Source: Pseudothermotoga sp.
Lineage (GTDB): Bacteria > Thermotogota > Thermotogae > Thermotogales > DSM-5069
DNA: 64,000 nucleotides
Reading direction: 5' to 3'
Assembly: GCA_041640575.1 (NCBI GenBank)
Contig: JBEPZZ010000005.1
Location: 10,368 to 74,367 of the forward strand
Position 1 is the stretch's first letter, and each line of letters begins with the position of its first letter. Below the pieces are notes generated by a model. That model was not told the DNA's origin, did no database searches, and worked only from the letters and a program-made list of their open reading frames with translations. Positions 1-9,648 of the stretch are shown piece after piece. The translations under genes were made by a program, and so were the position numbers.

Positions 1-323
1 TCCACAGAAAGCAAAGTAAATCAAGCAACTGTAAAAGTAAAAGTCATGATACTGGATTTACCACAGATATTATCTGATCAATGTCTGAGCTGATGAGCAA
101 AGCTTTTCTGGAAGCTCTTTCCGGTAATTCGGCAAATTTAGATGAAAATCTGTTTTTCAAGCATCTTTTGGATAGTATATCTGATCCCAAAGCACCGGTG
201 ACTGCAAGGGAAGTTGACTTAAAACTTATCAAGAAAAAAAGTACTTGGTATATCCAAGCAAACGACGACTTGATGTATGTATTGTCCGGTGGTTTGTGGG
301 AGTTGAAAGAACTGCTAGAATAA
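1..323 (+). pseudogene. 3' part of a frameshifted gene for a putative exported protein (DUF4878/DUF5105-like), running in from the window edge
   Basis: Frame 1 reads STESKVNQATVKVKVMILDLPQILSD to ~78. Frame 3 continues MSELMSKAF...WYIQANDDLMYVLSGG to the stop at 323. The two parts join naturally if one base is added at ~79-80. Confidence 0.5.
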
Positions 324-1000
324 CTACACAATCACTTAGGTTTTTCCCAAAATGTGTATTCTTGAAAACCTGAAATAAGTGAGTTTCAAAAATACAGAGC
401 TGAAACTACACCGTGAACTTGGTGAAAAAGTGAGAACCAATAGCTAATAGAAAGGACGATTTCACGTTTCTTTGGCAAAAAAGAGATGCCGGAAACTTTG
501 ATTGAGACTTTAAACACTCAAGGTTTTTCTGCATTAATGCTGCTTTTATCTTTTATCAAAAACCGCGTTTCATTGATGAGTCATAGATGATTTGAAGCAT
601 CACTGTGGAGATCAAAAATATGCTTGGATCCCGACATTAAACATGTAGCAAAACGTTTATCTAGATAAGTGAAATGATACAAAATGTTCCTGAAAACAGT
701 TGCAAGCAACTAGCTCACAGACATCTATCAGTTTTATCTGTCAGAAGATCAACTTAGGGTTCGAAAAATTGACAAAATAACACCAACTCAAAGAGTCCTA
801 ACAGTCAAAAAAGCTTGCTTACTAAGAAACAAATAGCCTGCCACTAAACTTCAAGCGTTATCAAAATCAGAAGGATACTGTAATTATCTTAAAAGCAAGC
901 TCTTACAGAATCAGAAATAACTTTACGCGTAATTTTTAATCGAAGACATTGAGAAAGCTTGAGTGTGGAAGATCTTTCAAACAGTCATACATTTAAAGTG

Positions 1001-1025
1001 AAAAAGGGGCGATTGTATCGCCCCT
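1001..1025 (-). terminator. Intrinsic terminator closing the long minus-strand operon
   Basis: AGGGGCGAT-tgt-ATCGCCCCT 9-bp stem. The A run at 1001-1005 gives a U tail on the minus strand, just after the stop at 1031. Confidence 0.85.
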
Positions 1026-1030
1026 AACTT

Positions 1031-1708
1031 TTATGCTAGCACTATCTTTCGTCCGATTTGTAGTGCCTTCTGACCAGCTTGTTCAAGTCTAAAAAGTAAG
1101 TCAGCAGAATCGTTTGTTTGATTATCTACCTGACAGATGGAGAAGATCACATCTGGAAAGGCCGCTAAGCCTTTGACTTTACTCCTTTCAACTCGACGCA
1201 GCAGTCTTGTGGCAAAGATTTTAGCACCTTCCACAGACGTATAAGGCAAAAACACCAGTAGTGAACCTGGCTGGAGCAAAATCACTTTGTCTGAGATTCT
1301 CATTTGATTTCTTGCATACTTGTAAACAGTCTGAGTCGCCAGAATTGAATCCGACAGAATTTGGATAAGAATGACCGATGAAGGAATCCCATATCTTTGT
1401 GATTTATAAAGTTCCTCATTCAAGAATCCTTGAACACTACATTTTGAATAAACATAACAGTGAACAAGTCTGATTTTCATGATGTAATATTCTAACGTTT
1501 GGTTTGGCAAGATCACATCAATAACATTTTCCAAAGATCTGGGCGGCTCTGAAGAAACAATTACAGTCTCTAGCAACGGATGTACAGAATCTCCCAAATA
1601 GATATCAGCGATGTTTTCATCAGAAGTGGGTATTCCAGAACACAAAGAAATAGCTTGAATCAGTTTTTCTCTCGTTTCTCCCTCAGGCAGATCTACGTAC
1701 ACTATCAT
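1031..1708 (-). CDS. Degenerate GGDEF-fold protein with N-terminal pseudo-receiver-like region
   Basis: LNEELYKSQRYGIPSSVILI...RISDKVILLQPGSLLVFLPYTSVEGAKIFATRL matches the GGDEF scaffold, with GGDEF replaced by QPGSL. Confidence 0.7.
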   Translation of the reverse strand: MIVYVDLPEGETREKLIQAISLCSGIPTSDENIADIYLGDSVHPLLETVIVSSEPPRSLENVIDVILPNQTLEYYIMKIRLVHCYVYSKCSVQGFLNEELYKSQRYGIPSSVILIQILSDSILATQTVYKYARNQMRISDKVILLQPGSLLVFLPYTSVEGAKIFATRLLRRVERSKVKGLAAFPDVIFSICQVDNQTNDSADLLFRLEQAGQKALQIGRKIVLA

Positions 1709-2279
1709 AGTATTTTTTCACCATCTCCACAAAGTATTTATGAACTTCTAAATTCTCGCTCAGTTCCGGATGAAATGAACTTGCAAGAAGGTTCCCCTCT
1801 TGAACCAAAACAGGAACCCCTTCATGTTCGGCCAGAATCCTTACGTTTTCTCCAATTTCGACTATTTTAGGAGCTCTTATAAATATTGCATTGATCTTTT
1901 TCCCAAAAACTGGAACATTCAACAATACTTCGAAACTTTCAATCTGCCGACCGTATGCATTCCGCTCTACGGTTATATCCATCAATCCAAGTGTGTATTG
2001 AGTCGGATAATTGAGAAGTTTTTTGGCTAGCATTATCATACCAGCACAGGTTCCGTAAACTGGCATGCCGTTTCTAGCACGATCGATAATTTTATCAGCC
2101 AAACCCGTTGATCTTGCAAGTTTCCCTATGGTTGTGGATTCTCCACCAGGTATTATTAAGCCATGTACTTTCTCAAGATCTTCAACAGTTTTCACAACTA
2201 TACCCTCAATAGCCATTCTTTGAAGAATTAACACATGTTCTCTAAAATCTCCTTGAAGTCCTAGGACTCCTACGATCAA
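1683..2279 (-). CDS. pdxT: Pyridoxal 5'-phosphate synthase glutaminase subunit
   Basis: GVLGLQGDFREH, IPGGESTT, GTCAG, FIRAP, SFHPE motifs; adjacent to pdxS. Confidence 0.97.
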   Translation of the reverse strand: MIVGVLGLQGDFREHVLILQRMAIEGIVVKTVEDLEKVHGLIIPGGESTTIGKLARSTGLADKIIDRARNGMPVYGTCAGMIMLAKKLLNYPTQYTLGLMDITVERNAYGRQIESFEVLLNVPVFGKKINAIFIRAPKIVEIGENVRILAEHEGVPVLVQEGNLLASSFHPELSENLEVHKYFVEMVKKYYDSVRRSA

Positions 2280-2282
2280 CTT

Positions 2283-3158
2283 TTACCAGCCCCTCTCCTG
2301 CATTTTAACTTCAAGTTCTTCAACATCAAGCCCTGGCATTGGTTCACCAATGTCTTCCGAAACTTTAAGAAGCATTTCAGGATCGTTCCAATAGGTTACA
2401 GCCATGACAATAGATTTAGCCATCTTTGATGGATCCTTAGATTTGAAAATTCCAGAACCTACAAACACACCATCGGCTCCAAGCATCATCATTAGTGCGG
2501 CATCGGCTGGGGTAGCTACTCCACCCGCTGCAAAGTTTACAACTGGTAACCTTCCCAATCTCTTGACTTCTTTGACAAGTTCAACTGGCGCACCAATTTC
2601 TTTTGCATAACTTACAAGTTCTTCGTCAGCCATCGTTGTAACCTTTCTTATCTCATCCATTACCCTGCGCATGTGCTTAACAGCTTCAACTATGTTGCCT
2701 GTTCCTGCCTCTCCTTTTGTTCTTATCATTGCAGCACCTTCTGCTATTCTCCTAAGCGCTTCACCTAGGTCGCGTGCGCCACAAACAAATGGAACTTTGA
2801 ATTCATGTTTGTTAATGTGGAACCTATCGTCTGCCGGTGTTAAAACCTCTGATTCATCTATGAAATCAACACCAAGAGCTTCAAGTATTCTAGCCTCAGC
2901 TATGTGACCGATCCTAACTTTTGCCATAACAGGTATTGAAACAGCTTGCATAATCTCCTTGATCTTTGATATACTAGCCATTCTTGCTACTCCGCCAGCT
3001 TTTCTGATATCTGCTGGGACTCTTTCAAGTGCCATAACAGCAACTGCACCGGCTTCTTCGGCTATCTTAGCCTGCTCGGCAGTTGTAACATCCATTATTA
3101 CTCCGCCTTTGAACATTTCGGCAAAACCCTTTTTGACCATCCAAGTTCCTTTTTCCAT
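2283..3158 (-). CDS. pdxS: Pyridoxal 5'-phosphate synthase lyase subunit
   Basis: [43 protein letters not shown] motifs. Confidence 0.98.
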   Translation of the reverse strand: MEKGTWMVKKGFAEMFKGGVIMDVTTAEQAKIAEEAGAVAVMALERVPADIRKAGGVARMASISKIKEIMQAVSIPVMAKVRIGHIAEARILEALGVDFIDESEVLTPADDRFHINKHEFKVPFVCGARDLGEALRRIAEGAAMIRTKGEAGTGNIVEAVKHMRRVMDEIRKVTTMADEELVSYAKEIGAPVELVKEVKRLGRLPVVNFAAGGVATPADAALMMMLGADGVFVGSGIFKSKDPSKMAKSIVMAVTYWNDPEMLLKVSEDIGEPMPGLDVEELEVKMQERGW

Positions 3159-3161
3159 CGC

Positions 3162-4463
3162 TCACACCTCCTCCCAGTAATGTTTTTCGACTTTTTTAAG
3201 TCTTGAGTGATCAAATTTCTGCCTACCTGCTTTAGCACAAGGTTTCCCATTGACTTCAACAACATCGGCAGTTATGTCAACCTTCTGCCTTAAAAGTTTT
3301 GAACCAACCGCATAAACGTCGGCTGGAACTTTGAGTTTCTCAAAAAGCGCTATTTTCTCAGCGTCAAATCCACCTGAAACAACTATTTTCAAATCTTTCA
3401 AACCAACTTTATCGAACTCTTGTCTTGCCTTCCAAACAAGTTCAGGACAAACTCCCAAGGAAGATTCATCTCTTGGTACGACAGACACATCTCTTAAATT
3501 ACCGGATGTATCGAATCTAACACCCCATATTTTGCCTTTTCCATCGCCTATTATGGTGGACGGATCCGTTACACCCAGAATGAACGGTTTACCTATATGT
3601 TTTTCATAAAAACTCTTTATAACTTTGAAAGTTGTACCTATTACATCATTTTCCCAATCAACCAAGATTATTCGTTTTACATTTTCCGGCATATGCGTGT
3701 CAAAAGCTATAGCAGCAGCCTCTGTACTACCATCGTAAGCAGCAATCAATGCATGAGGCATGGTGCCCATCGATTCAACACCCCAATAATCCGCATTCGC
3801 ATCGGTTGAAACACCGAAAGCACCGGCACATAATGCAGCATAACCATCCGTTGCCTGTACCCAATAATGGTCGAATCTAGCACTGAAATAAAGCACAGGT
3901 TTTCCATTAGCAGCTTTCACAACGTGTTTGACAGCAGTAGCTGTACTTGTTGCGCGAGCAATGACACCCAACAATACTGTTTCAAGGTATCCAAAATAGG
4001 TTGGATCCCCTTCAATGACCATTATTGGTTCCCACTCCTCTGCCTCATCACCGTCGTAAAGAGCTTTGACTTCTATTTCATTCCACTTGTCAACCCAAAG
4101 ATCATTCAACTTCATTCTTAGGTCCCATTTTCTTCTTGTGTATTCAATGACGAGATCTCTTTGCATTTCTATCGAAGCTTGTTGTAAAGCTAAATCAAGC
4201 TTTTGAATCTCCTGAAACAGTTCCTTTGCTTTTGACTCGTCTCTATAATAACCAGTTGCAAACCTTAATATAGCCAAAGCTTCATCTATTCCAACAACAA
4301 CGCAGTCACGCCTTGGAAAGAATTGATATAAAACCCAAGGATGCCTGTTGTCCTTTTTCAATACCTCAACGTACCTCAAAAAATATATGTCGGAATAGTA
4401 TCCGTTTCTTATTCTATCTATAGGCACTTTGAAAACTTTTGGGTCAAGTCTTTTTTTATTCAC
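3162..4463 (-). CDS. pncB: Nicotinate phosphoribosyltransferase
   Basis: YSDIYF, GYLETVLLG, GTMPHALI, GVRFDTSG, IVVSGGFD motifs; follows pncA. Confidence 0.88.
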   Translation of the reverse strand: MNKKRLDPKVFKVPIDRIRNGYYSDIYFLRYVEVLKKDNRHPWVLYQFFPRRDCVVVGIDEALAILRFATGYYRDESKAKELFQEIQKLDLALQQASIEMQRDLVIEYTRRKWDLRMKLNDLWVDKWNEIEVKALYDGDEAEEWEPIMVIEGDPTYFGYLETVLLGVIARATSTATAVKHVVKAANGKPVLYFSARFDHYWVQATDGYAALCAGAFGVSTDANADYWGVESMGTMPHALIAAYDGSTEAAAIAFDTHMPENVKRIILVDWENDVIGTTFKVIKSFYEKHIGKPFILGVTDPSTIIGDGKGKIWGVRFDTSGNLRDVSVVPRDESSLGVCPELVWKARQEFDKVGLKDLKIVVSGGFDAEKIALFEKLKVPADVYAVGSKLLRQKVDITADVVEVNGKPCAKAGRQKFDHSRLKKVEKHYWEEV

Positions 4464-4988
4464 CTAAACCACCTCTGCCCCGAGGATTTCACTCATCATC
4501 CTCAGTGCAAATTCATGCAATTTTTGGTCATACGAGGCAACGGCGTCTTTGTGAACTATTACCTTTATACCTCTGTTTCTAAGTTCTTCTACCGTAAACA
4601 AGACACAAATATGAGTAACAACACCACAAATCTCAACTTCCGATATAGACAATTCCTTTAATTTTTGATCCAACTCCGTATTGAAAAACGCGCTATAACG
4701 ATTTTTCTTAATTGCATGGTGCTTAGCATAACCTTGTAATCTTTGTTCCAACTCAACAATTAATCTGGCACCATATGTATCTTTAACACAATGACTTGGC
4801 CATAATTTAAATTCTGCGTCATCTGGATCATGCCAATCTTGAGTTGTTATTATTACGTTTCCTTCTTTCAGATTTCTTTCAAAATGGAACAAGACGGGCG
4901 CAATTACTTTCTCTGCGCCCGCAAAATAAAGTGCTCCACCTGGCTTTACAAAATCGTTTTGAAGATCAACCAAAATTAAAGCCTTCAC
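4464..4988 (-). CDS. pncA: Nicotinamidase/pyrazinamidase (cysteine hydrolase)
   Basis: ALILVDLQNDF, QDWH, WPSHC, KNRYSAF, GVVTHICV. Confidence 0.9.
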   Translation of the reverse strand: MKALILVDLQNDFVKPGGALYFAGAEKVIAPVLFHFERNLKEGNVIITTQDWHDPDDAEFKLWPSHCVKDTYGARLIVELEQRLQGYAKHHAIKKNRYSAFFNTELDQKLKELSISEVEICGVVTHICVLFTVEELRNRGIKVIVHKDAVASYDQKLHEFALRMMSEILGAEVV

Positions 4989-5010
4989 TACTTTACCACA
5001 CCCTTAATGC

Positions 5011-5985
5011 TTAACGTATGGGTTTGTCTTTTGTTGCTTGCTCTAGTGCAAGTAATCTTTCCCATCTCTTATCAACGTAATCTTGAAGCTCCTTGATGAT
5101 TTCCTCAGCATCGGGTCTTTGCAGAACCAATCTGAATCTTTCTTGAATCTTTACAAATTCAGAGACAGGTTTGAAGGAAGCAGGTTTTCGTGTAACTTTG
5201 TAAACACCTCTTTCAACTTCGTAAAGCGGCCAATACTTTGTTTCAACAGCAAGTTTTGTTACGTCAATCGTCTTACTTTCATTCATTCTCCAGTATCTAA
5301 CACATGGGCTCAAAACTGCCAAGAATGATGGCCCATCAAAAGCTAATGCTTTTTCAACTTTAGCCATGAAATCCATGGGTTCGGCTGGTACGGCAGTTGC
5401 CGCATAAACATTTTCATGACCCGCAACAATTTCCATTATGTTTTTCTTCAGCTGCAATTTTCCTGGTATTTTCTTTCCAACAGGTGCGGTTGTTGTATCA
5501 GCACCTGGAGGAGTCGATCCGGATCTTTGATTTCCTGTGTTCATATAACCTTCGTTATCGTAAAGAACATATATTAACTTGTGGCCTCTCTCCAAAGCAC
5601 CAGAGAGCGATTGCAATCCTATATCGTAAGTTCCACCATCACCGCCAAACGCAAAAAATGCATATTTTTTGTCTGGTGAAATTTTTCCAGATTTTCTTAA
5701 AGCCCTGTAAGCTGTCTCTACACCGCTTATTGTGGCAGCAACGTTTTCAAAAGCGTTGTGAATATATGGTACCGACCACGAAGTATATGGGTAGATTGTA
5801 GAAGAAACCTCCATACAACCTGTCGCAAAGCCAACGATAGGTTCATATCCAAGAGCTTTCGCAGTCATAAGGATTATCTTTACCGTAATTGGAGCGCCAC
5901 AACCAGGGCACATCCTATGTCCCTGTGTTATACCTATTTCTCTATTCGTGAAAATCTCAGCAAGCTTTTTCATTGGTAACGGCAT
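5011..5985 (-). CDS. porB: Pyruvate:ferredoxin oxidoreductase beta subunit
   Basis: GHRMCPGCG, TGCMEV, GGDGGTYDIG...DNEGYMNTG TPP-binding motif. Confidence 0.92.
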   Translation of the reverse strand: MPLPMKKLAEIFTNREIGITQGHRMCPGCGAPITVKIILMTAKALGYEPIVGFATGCMEVSSTIYPYTSWSVPYIHNAFENVAATISGVETAYRALRKSGKISPDKKYAFFAFGGDGGTYDIGLQSLSGALERGHKLIYVLYDNEGYMNTGNQRSGSTPPGADTTTAPVGKKIPGKLQLKKNIMEIVAGHENVYAATAVPAEPMDFMAKVEKALAFDGPSFLAVLSPCVRYWRMNESKTIDVTKLAVETKYWPLYEVERGVYKVTRKPASFKPVSEFVKIQERFRLVLQRPDAEEIIKELQDYVDKRWERLLALEQATKDKPIR

Positions 5986-5997
5986 TCAAAGCACCTC

Positions 5998-7173
5998 CTA
6001 TTCTCTTAAACCAAGGTATAGTTCCTGATCGGCGACCAGTTCATGTTTCATTGCTTTCTCGAAAGCACGTTTTATCAATTCGGGATTGATATCTCTTCCA
6101 CCAAGTCCATAAACGAAGGAACCAAGTAATGGTCTAGAAGCAACTTCATAGAGAGATGATTTGATCGCTTCGTACAGCGGTGCTTCAGCACCAAAGGACG
6201 CAGACCTATCGAGTACTACCACAGCTTTCCTCCCGGTAAGCCATCTTTGTATCTCAGCTTTCGGGAATGGCCTGAACATCCATATCTTCAAAAGACCAAC
6301 TTTGTGCCCTTTCTCTCTTAGCTCATCCACAACATACTTGATAGTTCCATTAGTTGACCCAAGAGCTACCATCACATAATGTGCATCATCCATTTTGTAC
6401 GGCTCAACAAAGTTATATTTTCTTCCAGAGATTTTGTAAAATTCCTCGGCAATTTGTGGAAAAACTCTGAATACATTTTTCATGGCTTCTATCTGTTGCC
6501 TCTTATGTTCAAAATAATAATCATACAAATCAAGAGGACCATAGGTAACTGGGTGATCAGTGTCAAGAAGAGGATAAATGGGTTTTAGTTCCTTGACAAA
6601 GGATTTCACGACTTCATCTGGCAACATCTCGACAGGTTCGACGCCGTGGGAAATTATGAAACCATCTTGGTTGACCATCACAGGTAATCTCACATCTTCG
6701 TGTTCTGCTAATCTTACTGCTAGAATTACTAAATCATAAACCTCTTGAGCATCTTCGCAGAACAGCTGTATCCATCCAGAATCTCTTTCAGCCATTGTAT
6801 CACTGTGATCACAATGAATGTTTATTGGTCCACTTAATGCGCGGTTGACAACTGGCATTACAATTGGTAAGCGCAATGAAGCAGCTATATAAACAACCTC
6901 GTGCATCAAGGCTAGCCCATTGGCACTCGTAGCTGTCATTGCTCTAGCACCTGCTGCAGCTGCTCCGACAATTGCACTCATAGCACTATGTTCGCTTTCA
7001 ACCGGTATCATTTCTGTTCTAACAAGACCATCAGCAACAAATTTTGCAAAATACTCAACAATCGGAGTTTGAGGGGTTATAGGATATGCCGCAACAACAT
7101 CCGGCTCTATTTGTTTCATCGCATAAGCGGCAGCTTCCGCTCCTGTAATGGCTTGAATTATCTTTTCAGCCAT
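5998..7173 (-). CDS. porA: Pyruvate:ferredoxin oxidoreductase alpha subunit
   Basis: AAYPITPQT, ESEHSAMS, NRALSGPINIHCDHSD, GLGGRD; the second ATG (7173) has better RBS spacing than 7179. Confidence 0.92.
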   Translation of the reverse strand: MAEKIIQAITGAEAAAYAMKQIEPDVVAAYPITPQTPIVEYFAKFVADGLVRTEMIPVESEHSAMSAIVGAAAAGARAMTATSANGLALMHEVVYIAASLRLPIVMPVVNRALSGPINIHCDHSDTMAERDSGWIQLFCEDAQEVYDLVILAVRLAEHEDVRLPVMVNQDGFIISHGVEPVEMLPDEVVKSFVKELKPIYPLLDTDHPVTYGPLDLYDYYFEHKRQQIEAMKNVFRVFPQIAEEFYKISGRKYNFVEPYKMDDAHYVMVALGSTNGTIKYVVDELREKGHKVGLLKIWMFRPFPKAEIQRWLTGRKAVVVLDRSASFGAEAPLYEAIKSSLYEVASRPLLGSFVYGLGGRDINPELIKRAFEKAMKHELVADQELYLGLRE

Positions 7174-7175
7174 AC

Positions 7176-7478
7176 TCATTCCTCCTCCGTGATAAACTCT
7201 GTCTCTGGCCTCATCTCAATAGCTTTCTTTGGACAAACATTGGCGCAAATACCGCAACCTTTACAGTAGAAGTAATTTATACCTTTCATAACAGCATTTT
7301 CTTGAACAATTGCTTGATCTGGACAGTAAAACCAGCACATCATGCAATCAATGCATTTGGATCTATCATAAACAGGGCGTTTTACTCTCCAGTCACCTGT
7401 CCTATACTTTCTCGCCGTACCTGGTTCTGTTATCAAACCACCAATGGGAATTTCTTTCCAACCCTTCAGTTCAGCCAC
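7176..7478 (-). CDS. porD: Pyruvate:ferredoxin oxidoreductase delta subunit (2x[4Fe-4S])
   Basis: TGDWR, CIDCMMCWFYCP and CKGCGICANVCP; GTG start at 7478 behind GGAGGTG. Confidence 0.92.
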   Translation of the reverse strand: MAELKGWKEIPIGGLITEPGTARKYRTGDWRVKRPVYDRSKCIDCMMCWFYCPDQAIVQENAVMKGINYFYCKGCGICANVCPKKAIEMRPETEFITEEE

Positions 7479-8043
7479 TGCATGACACCTCCTCATAACC
7501 GCGTTTCAACGCTCTTAAATTCGCTTGGATCATTTCCTCAGAAAGTTTTTTCTCGAACATGGTTCTTATCTTTTGTTCAGCTGCTTCAAGAGTTATAACT
7601 CCCGTAACTCTTGCAAGGGTTCCCAACATCACCGTGTTCGGTATACCTCTTTTAATTTCTTCAAGAGCGATATCAGTAGCTCTAACGGTACAGACTTTTC
7701 CCTTGAAACCTGTTTTTCTTCTTACGAACTCCATTGGATGAGCTGTGTTAACTATTAAAATGCCATCTTCGCGCAAGCCAGTAACAATCGAGGGAGAAAG
7801 CAATGTATCATCAATTACAACAACAACATCTGGATTCTCAACCGCGGAATGAACCGTGATCCTTTGATCACTGATTCGATTAAAAGCTCTCATAGGCGCT
7901 CCAGATCTCTCAGCTCCATATTCTGGAAAAGCTTGTGCATATTTCCCCATCTCAAGAACTGCTTCCGCTAAAAGTTGAGAAGCACTTTTAGCACCTTGCC
8001 CAGCTCTTGAGTGCCATCTGATCTCAAAATATTTTGTAGGCAC
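7471..8043 (-). CDS. porC: Pyruvate:ferredoxin oxidoreductase gamma subunit
   Basis: EIRWHSRAGQGAKSA, FPEYGAERSGAP, NTVMLG; GTG start at 8043 behind AGGAGG. Confidence 0.9.
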   Translation of the reverse strand: MPTKYFEIRWHSRAGQGAKSASQLLAEAVLEMGKYAQAFPEYGAERSGAPMRAFNRISDQRITVHSAVENPDVVVVIDDTLLSPSIVTGLREDGILIVNTAHPMEFVRRKTGFKGKVCTVRATDIALEEIKRGIPNTVMLGTLARVTGVITLEAAEQKIRTMFEKKLSEEMIQANLRALKRGYEEVSCSG

Positions 8044-8067
8044 TTTAAATCCTCCTCTCAACAATTT

Positions 8068-9648
8068 TCAGCCGTGTACTTTAAAATTGAGCCATGGGAA
8101 TATTGCATCGGTTGACTCAAGTTTTTTCAAGTAGTCTTCACTTATATTATCCTCCAAAAGTTGATTTTCCAAATCTAAAAACCTTTTCACGTGTGTTTTG
8201 ATTCTGTTAACAGCGTATTCAACGCTTGTACCCGTTGTAATTATAAATTGCCAGTCACTTGACTGAAGCAACAAAACTTCACGAAACATTTGGTTGAGCA
8301 CTCTAATTTTCAATGAGTCCGTTTCATCCATATATTTGTCAATATGTTTATGTAACCTTTCCGAGAGCTCTTTTATATGAATCTGGACCCAATCGTTTTT
8401 CCCGTTCAACCACGTTTCGTGGTATCCACCGTTACCCCACGAAGATTCGGCAGGCGTAAGAATCTGGTAAGAATCAAATTTCTCAGTCGCTTCGAAAGCT
8501 GTTAACGGTTTTAGAACTCGACTTTGAGCCATTTTTGTGAAGAAAGATTCTATGAATTCGGGACCTTCAAACCACCAATGACCAAACAGTTCCGTATCGA
8601 AAGGTGCGACAATTACAGGAGGTTCACCAAAAATATTGTGTAATCTCTCAACTTGAGCGATTTTTTTCGCCAAAAAGTCAGCTGCATGATCTTCAACAGC
8701 TTGGAGGGCTTCTGCGCGGTTGTAAAATTGTTTTTCCTTCAAAGGTAATTCCTTGGATGTTATCTTATAATACTTAATCCCGGTGTTAACACGCACTCCA
8801 CTTGGATCCACGTAAGGTTTTATGTATTCATAATCTCTGTCAAAACCTATATCTCTGTAAAATTCCCTATATCTGCTATCACCAGGATAACCCAAAGCTG
8901 CACTCCACACTTGTTCACTTGATTCAGGATCCCTAGCAAAGGCAAAAACACCAGATGGCGTCATAACAGGTCTATAAACACCATACTTGGGTTTCTCGTC
9001 CGCATACCAAAGTGCATGCGAATCAACAAAGAAGAATTTTAGACCATACTTTGCTAAAGTTTCATCTAAGCCAGGGTAATAACCACACTCAGCAAGCCAT
9101 ATACCATTCGGACTATGACCAACACTTTTTTTGAATGACTCTACACCAACTTTTATCTGGATATCAACTGATCGTGGATCGTGTTGAAGTAGAGGAAGAT
9201 AGGCATGAGTTGCGTTGCAGGTTATCAGTTGTACACGTCCACTCTTAGAATGTTTCTCGAAACCCTTGACCAAGTCTCTTGAAAGTTTTTCATAGTACTG
9301 AAGATTGTTTTCAAACCTGTCTTTGTAGAATTCCGCTAATTGCTTTTCTTCTTTGGTCTTGACATGCGCCAACTCTTTTTCACAAAGCTCGATTAGGCCT
9401 TTGGTATGTCTGACAAACTTCTCACAAAGACTGTTTTCTTTCATCATTTCAAGCAAGGGTGGTGTCAAGGACATTGTGACTTTGAACGGGATGTTTCTTT
9501 CTGCTAACCTATCAAAAACCATTAGAATTGGAATGTAAGTTTCATGAACTGCCTCAAAGAACCATCTCTCTTCCAGAAAAGTTTCATATTCCGGGTGGTG
9601 AATATATGGCAAATGGGTGTGTAAAACCAAGCAGAAATATCCTGTCAT
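8068..9648 (-). CDS. GH57 1,4-alpha-glucan branching enzyme (DUF1957)
   Basis: LVLHTHLPY, THAYLPL, WLAECGY (nucleophile), PFDTELFGHWWFEG (acid/base), QSSDWQF. Confidence 0.92.
   Translation of the reverse strand: MTGYFCLVLHTHLPYIHHPEYETFLEERWFFEAVHETYIPILMVFDRLAERNIPFKVTMSLTPPLLEMMKENSLCEKFVRHTKGLIELCEKELAHVKTKEEKQLAEFYKDRFENNLQYYEKLSRDLVKGFEKHSKSGRVQLITCNATHAYLPLLQHDPRSVDIQIKVGVESFKKSVGHSPNGIWLAECGYYPGLDETLAKYGLKFFFVDSHALWYADEKPKYGVYRPVMTPSGVFAFARDPESSEQVWSAALGYPGDSRYREFYRDIGFDRDYEYIKPYVDPSGVRVNTGIKYYKITSKELPLKEKQFYNRAEALQAVEDHAADFLAKKIAQVERLHNIFGEPPVIVAPFDTELFGHWWFEGPEFIESFFTKMAQSRVLKPLTAFEATEKFDSYQILTPAESSWGNGGYHETWLNGKNDWVQIHIKELSERLHKHIDKYMDETDSLKIRVLNQMFREVLLLQSSDWQFIITTGTSVEYAVNRIKTHVKRFLDLENQLLEDNISEDYLKKLESTDAIFPWLNFKVHG

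Noticed and set aside
332..381. Imperfect inverted repeat CACTTAGGTTTT...AAAACCTGAAATAAGTG as an IS/MITE end
   Set aside because: Gapped, AT-rich, no transposase remnant or target duplication visible
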